A stretch of 57,163 bases of DNA, filler included, from Sphacelaria rigidula (lineage: Eukaryota): assembly GCA_964200075.2 (NCBI GenBank). It is 7 parts of 7 records of this genome, joined end to end, with 100 filler letters (N's around TTAATTAATTAA, not from the genome) between each part and the next. Parts side by side here need not be neighbours in the genome. Positions count along the whole stretch, not along the records: positions 32,726 to 40,805 come from CAXNAA020012377.1; positions 40,906 to 48,984 come from CAXNAA020012378.1; 5 more parts are not named here. One strand, written 5' to 3'. The position numbers and the translations under genes were made by a program. The notes under the pieces were generated by a model that did not search any database, had not been told where the DNA came from, and saw nothing but the letters and a program-made list of their open reading frames with translations. Positions 36,589 to 49,084 of this stretch are shown here, piece by piece (position 1 is the first letter of the stretch; every line of letters starts with the position of its first letter).

Positions 36589-38654
36589 CAGGGCTGAGTG
36601 CTCAGAGCTGACCGTGAACCTCAAGTTGCTGAAAACAAAACAACAAATACCATGTCTCATATGACATCGTATCCTAGACTGTACCGCCTCCAGTAAATTC
36701 AATCGACCCCGGCAGTAACTGCACTCATTTTTGTTTGCTCCATTTTCACCACCACCCACTCGTCAAGGTGTTGAGTGCGAAGTAATGCACAACTCGTTCA
36801 GCGTCGAAGAAATTGATTGCGGTGCACAAAGCTTAAAGGCATACTCACCGGGTCTACACAATCATAATCCATCGTTGGGCAGTCGTCTGAAAACACGCAC
36901 TCGATGTAGAACGCGAACGCCGCATTCGCTTCGCAGCCGGGGATCTGGCAGCAGTAGAAACTCTGAGGCATTCAACAACAGAGCGGGCGGGCGACGATTC
37001 CGGGGTTGTTCGCACCATTGGTAGCTCTCGCTCGTGAATTGGTGCAACGACAACCATCCACGGTATGGCGGAGGAGCCATCGGGCAGTGACATGGGTCGA
37101 GGGACAACATGAATGCTTCGTGCAAAACAAAAGCTAGGAACTCCCGGCGGGTACGGGGAGACGGTATCGGTCACCCGCTAGTAGATTTAGTGAGGACGCT
37201 AATGTTTTGGGCAACATGTCACTGCAACTACAAAGTACACACGCAGCAACATGGGAATGGAAGGGAACCCCCGACAGCGCTCTGAAGGGATGCAAACACG
37301 GGTAACGATTCGGCGATATAAGAGACTTTCGGAAAACAGTTTTTTTTATCATTTTAGAGAGCAAACATCTCAGAGTCCGGGAGCAGGCCAAAAACCAAAC
37401 TCATAGAGAAAAAGTAAAGGGGGTATACCACATTTGACGGAGGGGGAAATAAGTTGTTGTTACACCCTGATCCTGAGATATTTTTCACTCTGAAATGACA
37501 AAAAAGCGGTGGTGTGGAGGAGCTACGGTACACGGAGGCTCCCGAATGATATGTGCGTTCGTATGGAAAGCGCCCATCATCGTCGAAGCGAGACAGAAAT
37601 TTGGATACTTTTTGATAGTGATGAGTTACCCTGGTAATATGAACGCAATGTAATGCGTGAGTGGACCGCGTGCTTAGGGGACCACATCGCAGTTCGAAAC
37701 ACCTCAGGATCGACGTCTTTCATAACCAATCGAGCCAGTCCCTGCAGGGGCAACGCCCCTGATCCTAACCCTAACACTAACCCTAACTCGAACCCAAACC
37801 ATCCGGTGCGATCTTTACGCACGCGGTCTTCTCACGCGTTACACCCGCCTCTGAAATTCTTCTCCGGCCCGTCTCTGCGGGTCAATAGAAACACCACTGC
37901 CAGAACAAACATTTTTCTACGGCAGTTGGTCTCCGCGCACATATCAAGAAGTCTTGGGCGTGCGAGTACAGTAGGGAGGTACGGGTGCAAGATGGGCGAA
38001 GTTACAGTGGAATATCGCATGAGAAAGCCTACGTTAACTAATTATGATGTGGACCTCTGACTCTGCAATGCATCATGCAATTGGACTCAGGTTCTGAGCA
38101 TACAGGCTCCCACCTTCAGTATCCTTTCCTGTCGCCTGTATATCTGCGGGGGTACCTACAAGCTGAACATTATTATTGGGAGTATCTGTTTTGATGATCA
38201 AAACATCACTATCAAACCGCAGTTGCCGCATGTCCTTATCCGCTGTCGGCTGTCACATGACCTCTCACATTTGCTATTTTTGTAGATTGCCGCAGGGTGC
38301 CAGGATGATGTAGTGCTATATAAATGGTGGTCGAATCTATCTGACTATCGAATACAGGAGGCTCTACGGAATGTCGATGGCGGGCTATGATGAACGTCAG
38401 AAGAAGAGCGAAGCCCTCTTCATGTCATTCGCCAGAGATTTGAGGTTGGGAATAAGTGACTTGAATGTGAAACGACGGTTATACTTGCCACTTATGCGGG
38501 AGTGAGCTAGTTTCCGCTGTTAGAATTGGGGTTTGTTGCTCTACTTGATGTTTCAAATTTCTTCGGAAAGGCACACCGCGCTACCGGTGCAATCTTACCA
38601 TCACGGCACTGTGATTATCAATACAGTGCAGAAGCGTCTGCAATCAAGGCATAG

Positions 38655-39098
38655 AACAGCCGATCATCGAAATTGAGTATGTGGCTTTTTATTATGGATG
38701 AGAACCCGGAGAATAAAAATCTTCGTATCCACACCAGATCTTCGAAATATGGTTCCATTCTTTCACCTACGGGTAGCTATTGACAACTACCACATGCCCT
38801 ACAAATTTGGACTTCGATAACCGAAATGTGGAAGTCCTAGGTGAAGAAACAACTTTGGGGAATTTAGGTGATCTGGTCGGATCGTTGAATTTCCCGGATG
38901 TTGGTGTTTCATCTAGGACCCCAAACGTTCGGTCATCCAAATCCAAATTGGTATGGTGTGTGGTAGTTGTCAACAGCCAACAGTAGGTGAAGGAATGAAA
39001 CCATATTTCGAAGATTTGGTGTGGATACGACGGTTTGAATTTCCCGGGTTCTCATCGTCAATGAAACGCTCCATCCCCCATCCCGATGATCGGCTGTT
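38655..39098. mobile_element. Complete palindromic (foldback) MITE, 444 bp, 4-bp TSD ATAG
   Basis: AACAGCCGATCATCG...CGATGATCGGCTGTT with complementary arms. ATAG at 38651-38654 and 39099-39102. Confidence 0.9.
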
Positions 39099-40080
39099 AT
39101 AGAGGAATGGTCTTACTCATGTGCGATAGACATCTTTTCTGCGGCAGTTTTGCGGTGCGATGGCAGTGGCCATGAATGCGGTCCCGACACAGCTTGTCGG
39201 CAGACTCGACGTACAACGGTGCATTAACGAGGGGGATGTTTTGTTGGTGGATAGATATCCTCATTTATTTCCCGTATCTTAATGTCCGTCCAACAGAGCG
39301 TACCGTTAATAATGATACTCGTGTAGCTAACGACTCCAAATTTAGAATTGTTACGCAATGTCACTCGTCCTAACCCTTCGACCGCTGGGGCAGATGATCG
39401 GCAAATCGGTATCACGTGCACGTACCATCCGGACATGTCACCGCAGTTTTCCATCCATGAGTAAAACACACAACACAACGTCTCCTCATGAGAAGCCCAC
39501 ACTCAATCAAATGGGAGACACTCAACCCGGCGAAATGATTGCTATTATTGCGACTTACCCAACACACGGTACCAGCAATGGGTAGTTTTCTCGGTCAGGC
39601 GACGCTCTGCGTAAAATTAGGAGTTGGACGCTGAAATTTTGGCAGCAGCATATATATTATTATGATCGACATGCAGAACATCACGGCAGCAGCGTAGAAA
39701 AAAAGATAGAACAGATGAAGTAATGGGAATTTGAAATTTCAGCAAAAACAAGATAATGTCATAAGCTGGAAAAAGACGAGAATCTGTAGCTGCTCCCGCA
39801 ATGTATCATTTCCTTGGGTGCAAAAGGTCTTCGTGAATTTTCAGCTCAAGAGTCATCGAATTGGGCGGGGCATCGCACTTTTCGTGCGACACAGCCGCAC
39901 CCGTATAATTCAAGCGATATGAGACTCCAGTTATGGTGGTCATGAGTTCGAATCCCGCCAGGTTCTTTTTTTTTCGTCCGTCGTTAAGGGCGTATTATTA
40001 TGCATTTCATTTTTTTTTCATTTTTTTCTTCTTTCGGCGGCGGTGCCGTGTGGTACCAGATTCGTCTGCGCTTCACAGTG

Positions 40081-40484
40081 ATACTTCATCTGTTCCATTA
40101 GTGAAGGTGCTCAAATTTGTACGGGCCCTTAACGATGTCCGATCTTTTTTTAATGAACTCTACGGTGTTTTTTGGGTCAAGAAAATGAGTTTATCTCGCG
40201 TGGGACTTCCTGGCAGCGAGCCCCAGTGAAGGCGGGGGCGATTAAAAAACAATCGAAAAAACAAATCGACCCTTTTTCTCCCCTCGGAAAGGGGCAAATA
40301 ACGGCCATTTGTGGGCCGACCACTTGTTTTGTAGCCGTTCGGCGGCATGGTTCAAGCTGCAAATTTCAAACACATTTTCTTAACCCAAAAAACACCGTAG
40401 AGTTCATGAAAAAAAAAAACGATCGGACATCGTTAAGGGCCCGTAAAATTTCGGGTGCCTTTACTTATGGGACAGAGGAAGTAT
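40081..40484. mobile_element. MITE-like element with ~110-bp inverted repeats
   Basis: TACGGGCCCTTAACGATGTCCGATC...ATGAACTCTACGGTGTTTTTTGGGT versus ACCCAAAAAACACCGTAGAGTTCAT...GATCGGACATCGTTAAGGGCCCGTA. Confidence 0.8.
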
Positions 40485-40805
40485 GCTTACATCGGAGTCA
40501 TTCGGGAAACTGGGAAAGCTGTATTGTGGTGTGGACAACGTTTGGTCGCTTTTACGCTGGTCCAGCTCGTGCACTTTCAGTCCCTTCCCCTTCGTCGAGA
40601 CGAGAAAGTGGATACGTACCAGGACGAGCAACTGATCGACCAGTTGCAACCCGTCGATTGATTGACCCCCCCCCCGCCCACCTCTGGTGAGACACCCATG
40701 AGGCAGTCAGTGTATAAGCCGTGGCTGTCTCTGGAAGTGGCGATACCAGATAATATAGCAACTCATTGTTGGCTGTCACCCAAATGCAAGATATTCAGTA
40801 GGCTT

Positions 40806-40905
40806 NNNNNNNNNNNNNNNNNNNNNNNNNNNNNNNNNNNNNNNNNNNNTTAATTAATTAANNNNNNNNNNNNNNNNNNNNNNNNNNNNNNNNNNNNNNN
40901 NNNNN
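40806..40905. other. Artificial contig spacer
   Basis: 100-bp N block with TTAATTAATTAA. Confidence 0.98.
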
Positions 40906-43775
40906 GAAAAGGGGGGTGCCCTTACGGTCCAAACGACTAAGGCAAGCAACAAATGAGTACCCCCCCCCCCCCCCCTGCCGTCTGTGCTCTCCGTTGCTCG
41001 CGCCAATAAGAAGAATATTTCCCTCGGGCATTAAAGCCAAGGACTCTGAAGGTAATTGTAGCCGCAGTAGGAGGCACCTGGAGGCATGTAAATGCTCGTT
41101 TGGCAGCCTGGGATTTCCACCTTCCCCAAATTATCGTTCGTTTGGGTGCGGGGCGATCTCAAGGCACCTTCACAGCAGCGTGGCCGACCTCATCATGTTT
41201 GGACTTCACGTCGCACTAGTTTGATTCCTCTGACTCGCGGTCAAGTGTTGTCTGTATCTCGAAGCAGCACGGTATACACCCTCACTTTGGGTCCGGTAAC
41301 AGGCTTTCATCATTCGAGTGCAAGTCAGCCTGGAGGTTTCATGACATCTGGCAGCTCAATTGCTTCGATTTGGAGCACCCGCCCGCCCCTTTTGGGCTAA
41401 AACAAAAAATCAGACACATCGTGCCATTTTTTAGTGACACGAACGCGCTTGTTATATGGCCCTCGAGCCGTTGGTACCGTAGGTGAAAATCGACCCTCGA
41501 CACCGGGAGTGAACTGTTCTCCCGTGGTTCACTAGAGTCTATTTCAGAAATGAAAATGCGTCCGCCTGCCTATCCGCCCTTCCGATTTTTCATTCCTTGG
41601 GCCTTACCCTTGCCAATTTTTCGTTTTTCTCCGATCTTCTCACCCCTGGCGTTTGACCCCCGTGCGGCAACGACTACCGACAGCCATGACGCAAACGTTC
41701 GGCCTGGCCCATACCCCACCTCCAGGGGGTGTCGTTTGCGTCGATTTCTCTCATCTGGCTGAACAAGCCCAATCGTGGGGAGTGTTCTTTGAAAAATATA
41801 CGTCTCCTCCCACCTCCAGCATACAGTACACGGATTATCGACTTCATGCGCCCTTTTATAGCGCGTGTCGTGCCCACCCCCAGCACACGCCGGCAACCAA
41901 CCACGCGGTGGAGATGCATTACAGCCTTTATTGTTTTTGTGATGAGATCGCCAAGTATCATGTGCCTCTTCAAAAGTGTATGTCGACTTCTCACATTTGA
42001 CTTAACTGCCCCAATCGAAAATAAGTCGATGCTGTCAGTCATTGGCGCTCACTACAGTCCAAATTAGCAGCGACTACTAACAACCATCACGCAGCTATTA
42101 TTGTTGTTGTGACGAGGTCGCCAAGCATCATGTGCCCGCTCAAACGTGAAGTGACAACGGCTACCGACAGCCATCACTCACACGTTTGGCCTGGCTGTGC
42201 TGACTTCTGCCGAATACGCTGTGCATATGCATTATGACAGCTGTTTGGGTTGGGTTTACTGTTGTGATCAGTATACAATAGCTACTACCATTTTTACAAA
42301 TTTCAGAGTTTCATTGGATTATTGTGATGAACTCATGAGCAAGTACAGACTACCAGCACTACAGCTTTTAGTGCTGCTGTGGTGAACTTATCACCGAGCA
42401 TCATATTGAGCCTCTGCGATTTCAGTGGTGGCTTCAAGCCCAATCGTGACGGGTATTGTATCAGGAAGGCAGGTACCCACTCACCCCACCATCCATGAAT
42501 CCGAACTTCTGCTGACAAGTTGAGACACCAACGCCTGCAAACAGCTCTGCGGAAATCCCATCCCTGCAGATGCTGGTATAGAAGTTCAACACACTGGCTC
42601 CCCACCCGCATCCCAACTTCCCTGCACGAGCATGCAGGATGCGCTTCTGTGCGCAACACGAGTAGGAAAGCCACACCCATATATTTTCGTGGACAGATTT
42701 CTAAGCATATTTGAAAAGCGCATATTTTTGCCGATATTCGAATAACAGAAATTCTGAATTTAATGAAAATCGCACGGATTCTAGTATAGGCACACCCATG
42801 AGCGTACGAAGTTTCCATCGTACAAATGACCGGTGGACTTTCGGTATATCTCTGGCCTTTCCGACAATATCCCCCACGATGTACAATCGCGTTTTTTGTT
42901 CACCGTACGTGGTCGTATTGTCTCTGCACTATGCACTCGCATCGGTCACAGGCGGTGCTTGGGCCAATCATGCCACCGCCTCACCGGACTCGCGTCCCCA
43001 GTGGCAGGTTTTCACCGGCTCTTCCGTACCACAGCACCCCGAAGGGGTACCCTATAGAAGTAGCGGCTTTCTCCCGGTTTGACCCGCTCGTGTGCGTAAG
43101 GATTTGTTCTCGATTCGTCAGCACCAGTTTGGTGCCTGCGTTCGTTTGGCACTTGTCTGGAACATCGTGCCCAATTTGTTTGGTACGCTTGACGAGTATT
43201 GTACTCAGATATGTACCCAGTTTGAACGTTTTTTAATCGGTCACGAATCTTCTTTAACTTCGCGATAGCCGTAGTCATTCTCCATCTTGCCGATATTACA
43301 AAACAGTTCCAGGTCCACTCCACCGGAGAATAGCTCCGCAATATCGTTCATTATCCTTGCATAACCATGGTATACAACAAGGCAGTAAATGTGCCAGTGA
43401 CCAGTGGCTAAGCTACAGTCACTGTACGTGAGTGTATGTATGCATCCTGCAACGTACAAGGCTGCAGTTGTTGTACAGATGCTGAACATAGTGCTGTGAT
43501 GTGGCCGGACAGTTTTCATGTATGGAGGGTATCGAGTCAATATCGTGGTGATCACTCGCAAATCCTTAATCCTCGTCACGAAAACCGTGTGTTTGAGCAA
43601 GAGGTCCTACTGACTACCACGGGCGAAGCTAGCCTGCCGCTCTGCTTCGTTCGGGGCTACTGATATTCCCCCTGGGTAGGGAAATGACATAGACACATAT
43701 AAGCAAGAGTTTCGGCCACTTAGGACGTCACGCTCATTGGAGCGAGTTCGAAGATACAGATGACTGGCGATAGAT

Positions 43776-45598
43776 CACACCCTGGACAATGGACGGCATC
43801 TATTGCAACAGCAATAGAATCTGCTGCAGTAGATGCTAATATAGTCGTCCGTAATGGCCATCGATCTGCAAGTTTCTCTCCCTATTGTCGTTGGCAATGC
43901 CTATCGATAGACTAGTTTCCCACACTCTTGTCTGGGCAGCAGTCTGCTGTGGCCCTACGCGGAAATCTATTGCGGCCGACCACATGCATCGATCGATAAC
44001 TTTGCATATCCATTGATGACGGCAATGGCTATCGATAGACCACGTGCCAAATCTTTTGATGACGACGATGGCTATTGACAGATTGTATACTAAATCTATT
44101 GATGACGGCAATAGCTATTGATGGATTGCGTATAAATCTATGCATGGCGGTAATGAGCATCGATATATATACATACCAGAATCTACTGTGGTTTACAATG
44201 CCTACCGATAGATATTCTCTGTCGTCTATTGCCACACGTACATCGCAACATATACTACGTCAAGAGCATATTATACTCCGTTGAGGTGCGGTCGAGAAGC
44301 CGCAGGTGGACATGCAGTGGGTATTTAATGGTACTACTCGTGAATGTGTCACATCACGCTTCTACAACTTTGGAAGGCTTGTATTTTGTAGGAATCCGCA
44401 ATATGTGTGGACAAAAGTTAACACTTTTGTTGTTGGTGTGGTGTTGGTACTTATGGTCGTCTCGCTGATGGACTTGAGCGCTTATAGTACTTTTGTTTGT
44501 GGGTGAGATGTGCTTATATCCTGGACAATAGACTATGTAATAGAACATTGGCGCTGCAATAGCCCCGGAAATTTGACCGTCAATGTTCATTGTCAGTCAT
44601 AATCGACTGGCATCGATGTCTATCGATAGCTACTGTAGGCGACAATAGATTCGGGACAAGAGACGGAATGTATCATCACCGTGACAAGGGAGGAACCAAG
44701 TTGTCTATCGATACATTTTATCTGTTGCAGTAGGCTCTGTATTGTGGCCACCAATGTATATTCCCAATAGTAATACGATCTGCTACGCGGCCATCAATAC
44801 ATATTGTTGGCCACAATAGGATATCAATTGCGCCCAGCAATGTTTATTGAGGGTCACAATATCATCTGAATCGCGACCACTAATATCTATTGCTGACCAC
44901 AAAAGTAGCTGAATAGCGTCGATTACTAGCTCTATGTATGCACATTTATCGATGTATGCTTCCACCTTATTCCACAGCAGCTATGGCCAGCTGTCGCCTC
45001 AGGTCGTTGCGTGTTGATGTGTAAGGGGTATTGCCATTGATGTCGTAAGACCTCTGCAGTGAGCAATTTCTTTTTCAAAACCTATCGTTGGCTTCACTGG
45101 CTATCGATGGGTGCTCCCGAGAACAATCGATTGCTGACGGCAATGCCCATATCGATATATACCAAAAAATTCATTGTTGGCGCCAAAGGCTACCGATAGA
45201 TGGCTCACCAAATCAATTGATGACGGTAACAGGTATTGATAGATAGCTCACCTAATCCATTGATACGACAATGACGATTAATGGATGGCTCATCAAACCT
45301 ATTGATAACGGCAATGACTATCGATGGATGGCTCACGAAACCTTTTGATGACGGCAATCGCTACCGATCATCCCAGAATCTATTGCGGTACACGATGTCC
45401 ATCGATGATGAGTGATCCTTATCTATTGTAATTGCCACAGGCTATCGATCGACTATTGCAACATCTTTTGTCTCTTGCAATGCATATCAATATTTGTGTT
45501 TCACCATCGATCGTGTTCGATCGTATATATCGATCAATTTTCCCCCATGTCTGTTGCTGAAGCAATGCACCATTATTGTGTCCATTGTCCAGAGTGTG
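43776..45598. mobile_element. Non-autonomous hAT/P-like DNA transposon (1823 bp), 19-bp TIRs, 8-bp TSD
   Basis: CACACCCTGGACAATGGAC (43776-43794) versus GTCCATTGTCCAGAGTGTG (45580-45598), 18/19 match. CGATAGAT duplicated at 43768-43775 and 45599-45606. Internal ~43-bp ATCGAT-rich repeat arrays. Confidence 0.85.
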
Positions 45599-47416
45599 CG
45601 ATAGATACGTGCGTGCGTTGCGTAATGTGATCGATGCGTCGTGTGCGTTTTCTGGTAGTGGCACATGTGTTTACAGTGTTTGCAGGGACGCGAAATGAAG
45701 AAAAAGGGTAATGTTGATCTTTGGTAACACGCCCTTCACCTAAAACGATCAACGCCAGCAGGATACATGGGATACACACGTACACCCGACGAGAAGTGCA
45801 TCACGGCGAGGAACCGTGGCGAATAGTAGTACCTCAGGCCGGAAGCGACACGAAATATCACTACATGCGAAAACGCTACCGTTCACGGAGTAACGGACGC
45901 ATTTCTTTGCTTTTAGTTCGAGCCATGACGATTGGTACACCCGAGAGGAGCACGCCTGGCTTGATGTCCAAGAGGCAGATGCGGCAATAAAAGAGAGTGT
46001 CGAAAATGGATAGTTTGTATCTACACTCCGAAGTGACGTAGTTCTTAAAGCCTGCCTTCCTGAGCAGCACCGGGTCACCTTGCCCTTGTTGAACCTTGCA
46101 ACTGCACAGTGGCCAATTACCTCGCCGTATGTTTAATCGGCCGTCTTTCGTTTGGTGCTCGGAGGAGTGGTGGCAACGATATTCCGCGAAGCCATGTGGA
46201 GGAAGAATGAATGAGCGCAGAGGTGGTCGGGAATCTCAAAGAAACGCTAAGCAGCCCACAAAGGACGAGGTATGCATTGACCCGAGAGGAGAGCATTGAA
46301 ACGATCACAATTCGCGTACAGATGTCCCACCGCTGAGAGAGCGATGTGGGGACGAACAGATCGCAGAAATCGGAACCGGACCAACGAACGTGCCAACAAT
46401 AGGACTGAATAGGGAGGCATTGCCTCCAGAGGAGAGCCTTGAAACGGCCACAGCCTGCATACCCACTGAGATGTGTGAACCGTCATGTTGCACAAATCGG
46501 AACCGGAAAAACAAATGTACGTAGGTTAGGGCCCGTCTTATCGGAGGGCAAAAAAGACTAGGGCGAGCACCAATGGGGGGGAGGGGTGGGTGGTCCCGAG
46601 CAAGGACAAGGTGTTGCAGAAAGCAAGAGGCGAGATAAACGGCCACAGAAATCGGAACTGGAACAACAGAGTTGCTGTAATTCCAAGTAGACAGGTCACA
46701 GAAATCGGAATATAGTGACGCGAGAAAAGCAACCACAGACTGTACTGTGGGGCGACGTGGAGAATGCGCGCCAGCCAAAAACGGTAGCGCACCTGAAGGC
46801 TACGGCTGGTTACCAGGAAAGCAGAGACGAGCAAATGCTGTGGGTGAAAGAACGCAGCGCAACGCAACGCAGTAAGGGTAGACACAGCGCAGCGCCTAAG
46901 CCGATCAAGTGTGTTTATCAACAAAGAACTGCAAGATCCTTTCCCATCCAAGCGCCTCATATGCTGCAGTCAGGAAACTCTCTTTCTTGACTGTGCAATC
47001 AAAGTCTATGGGTCAACTCGAAGCATGCGCTGCAGCCGAAAAATATAGCCACAAGCTAAGTTTACTTGCCAGGGTAACAGAGATGAGCGAATAGGCAGAT
47101 GCTCTCAGTGCGTCGCAACGTCATGCAGCCAGTGCCAAACGCAGCAGAGGGCAAATGTACAAAAAGCCCAGGTAAAAACAGGGCGAACACTAAAGTTAGG
47201 ACGCAATCAAGACGAAGTGCTGGCCTGTCAGCAGCCCAGGAGATGGTGCTACTGCATTCTCAGGGAAAAGCTTGATAAAATTGTTTCAAGGTTGTTGACG
47301 CTGCCACCGCTCAATTTGAGCGATTTCAAGGCAAAGGATAATGTGGGGTGATCGGAGCTGAAGATGTGATAGGCGAATAATTCAGAGATTTAGAGAACAT
47401 GAGATCCTAGAGAGAG

Positions 47417-47525
47417 GATAAGCCCTTGTGTAAATACTGGCGATCGCGTGCGTGACTTTGATGGTAGGATTCTTTGTAAGTCTGCACAGAAAATACTCAT
47501 CGCTATCCCTTATATGTCGTCAAGA
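47417..47525 (+). pseudogene. Possible remnant of a hAT transposase C-terminal dimerisation motif
   Basis: DKPLCKYWRSR, then a frameshift to DFDGRILCKSAQKILIAIPYMSS, resembles the hAT pattern PLxxW...LxxxAxxxLxIPxxS. Short and judged by eye only. Confidence 0.3.
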
Positions 47526-48858
47526 AGACCCCACAAGGATTACAGAACGCGACTCACAGAAGTACCCATTTTCTAGTTCACTCGATGAGTCTCCCTGGCG
47601 TTGCTGATCCCAAGCTGCATTTTAATTTTTGTAATTTCGCCGTAGAAAGATGGGTTCTCAACCCTAGCCCCAATACCACACATTCGGGCAGGCAAGGCGG
47701 TGCGGAATGATCGAACCGCTTCGGCTGAGTATTGATACGCGATGCTGTTCGTTGTTAATTGCTACAGGGGAAGAATGTAGAAATATAATACTAGCAGCAG
47801 CAAACAGGGGATAAACAACAATCAAGGGAAGATATAGCGCACACGAAATATGGAGGAGCTTCGCCAACAACAGTAAACAAAGGCGTCATGTCGCCCTATG
47901 CAACAGCATATATTTACCACAACAAAGAACGCGTCCCGGTCAACACTTTGACGGCGTCGCGCTAACAGCACACAAAGTCAACATGCTGCACTATGCAACA
48001 CCGAACACCCACCTGGTGCACACCGGAAGGAAATAAATACGCGTCGAAGTGAACACGTTCTGCCTGAAGGGCTGAGCTAATGACTTATTCCGACCCGGGC
48101 TCGGTGACGCTCGAGCGACCCGAAGGGAAGGGCTGCCAGGCGCGTAGTGAGCACCTGGCGTTTCTCAACGTCCTTCGGGCTGCAAGAGCCGCAGGTGTCG
48201 GCCAAGCGATACGTGATGGCGATGCTTTTAATTCAAGATTTTCAGCGGAAAAATACGGGCACGTAATTTGTTTTGGCCAAAACTGTTTGATTTCGCCCTG
48301 AGTCGGAAAACAGATGTTGAGAGGGGCACATGCAATGGCTCGACACACAACCCAACACAATCCAGCGCGAACCTGAGGAAATCATTGCCCCTGCAAACCG
48401 GAAACGCACAGCTCGAGCCGTGGGTGCTCATCAGCTGAGTACGTTGTGCGTGGCCTTGCACAAATATGTTGAAAATTCATTGAGAAACGATGCTTTGAGT
48501 GAGACGCATGCACGACTCACGCACACAAGGGGTCAGCACCTGCACGTTTTCGGTTGTAAGACGACACGCACGCGGTCGCCTTTTCCATAATCCAGAACGG
48601 ATTCGAACAGCGGTTGCCGTGAGTAGAGTACCAAGGACTAGCGCTGAAGATAATGGGTGTGAGCGGTGGGTGTCTGCGTGCTTTTCAGGTGCTCAATGTG
48701 TAGGTGTTGTGTTGCCTGACTACCGTAGAGATCGTCTGGTAATGATATTCACGTCGGGAAAATGTCAAATCAATATGGTGCAACTACGATATTTTCAAAC
48801 AGTTTTTGTGCGAAAAAAATGGCGTACTACTTGCATGACACGGCCCGAAATCATGGAA

Positions 48859-48984
48859 CGACTGCTGCCGAGATAGCCCCCCCCCCAAAACCGGCCAAAA
48901 ACGTGCACGGAGGCGATGATCATAACTGCCGTGAAAGCTGGTTTCGTGCTGCACGACGCGACTGATTCGGGCGTTATTGCTGAT
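48859..48984 (+). mobile_element. Left half of a GATAGCCCCC-family MITE, cut by contig end
   Basis: CGACTGCTGCCGAGATAGCCCCC...CCGGCCAAAAA.GTGCACGG...AGCTGGTTTC.TGCTGCACGA matches 25939-26063. Confidence 0.75.
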
Positions 48985-49084
48985 NNNNNNNNNNNNNNNN
49001 NNNNNNNNNNNNNNNNNNNNNNNNNNNNTTAATTAATTAANNNNNNNNNNNNNNNNNNNNNNNNNNNNNNNNNNNNNNNNNNNN
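48985..49084. other. Artificial contig spacer
   Basis: 100-bp N block with TTAATTAATTAA. Confidence 0.98.

Noticed and set aside
37764-37800. Telomere-like CCCTAA repeats
   Set aside because: Only about five degenerate units in mid-contig; too short to indicate a chromosome end.
39893-39975. tRNA/Pol III-like segment (GAGTTCGAATCCC followed by a T-run)
   Set aside because: Only the B box is convincing; no cloverleaf and no second copy in the window.
44008-45390. CRISPR-like appearance (palindromic ~30-bp repeat plus variable part)
   Set aside because: Repeats are degenerate, the variable parts are only ~10 bp and related to each other, there are no cas genes, and the arrays lie inside a TIR/TSD-bounded eukaryotic transposon.
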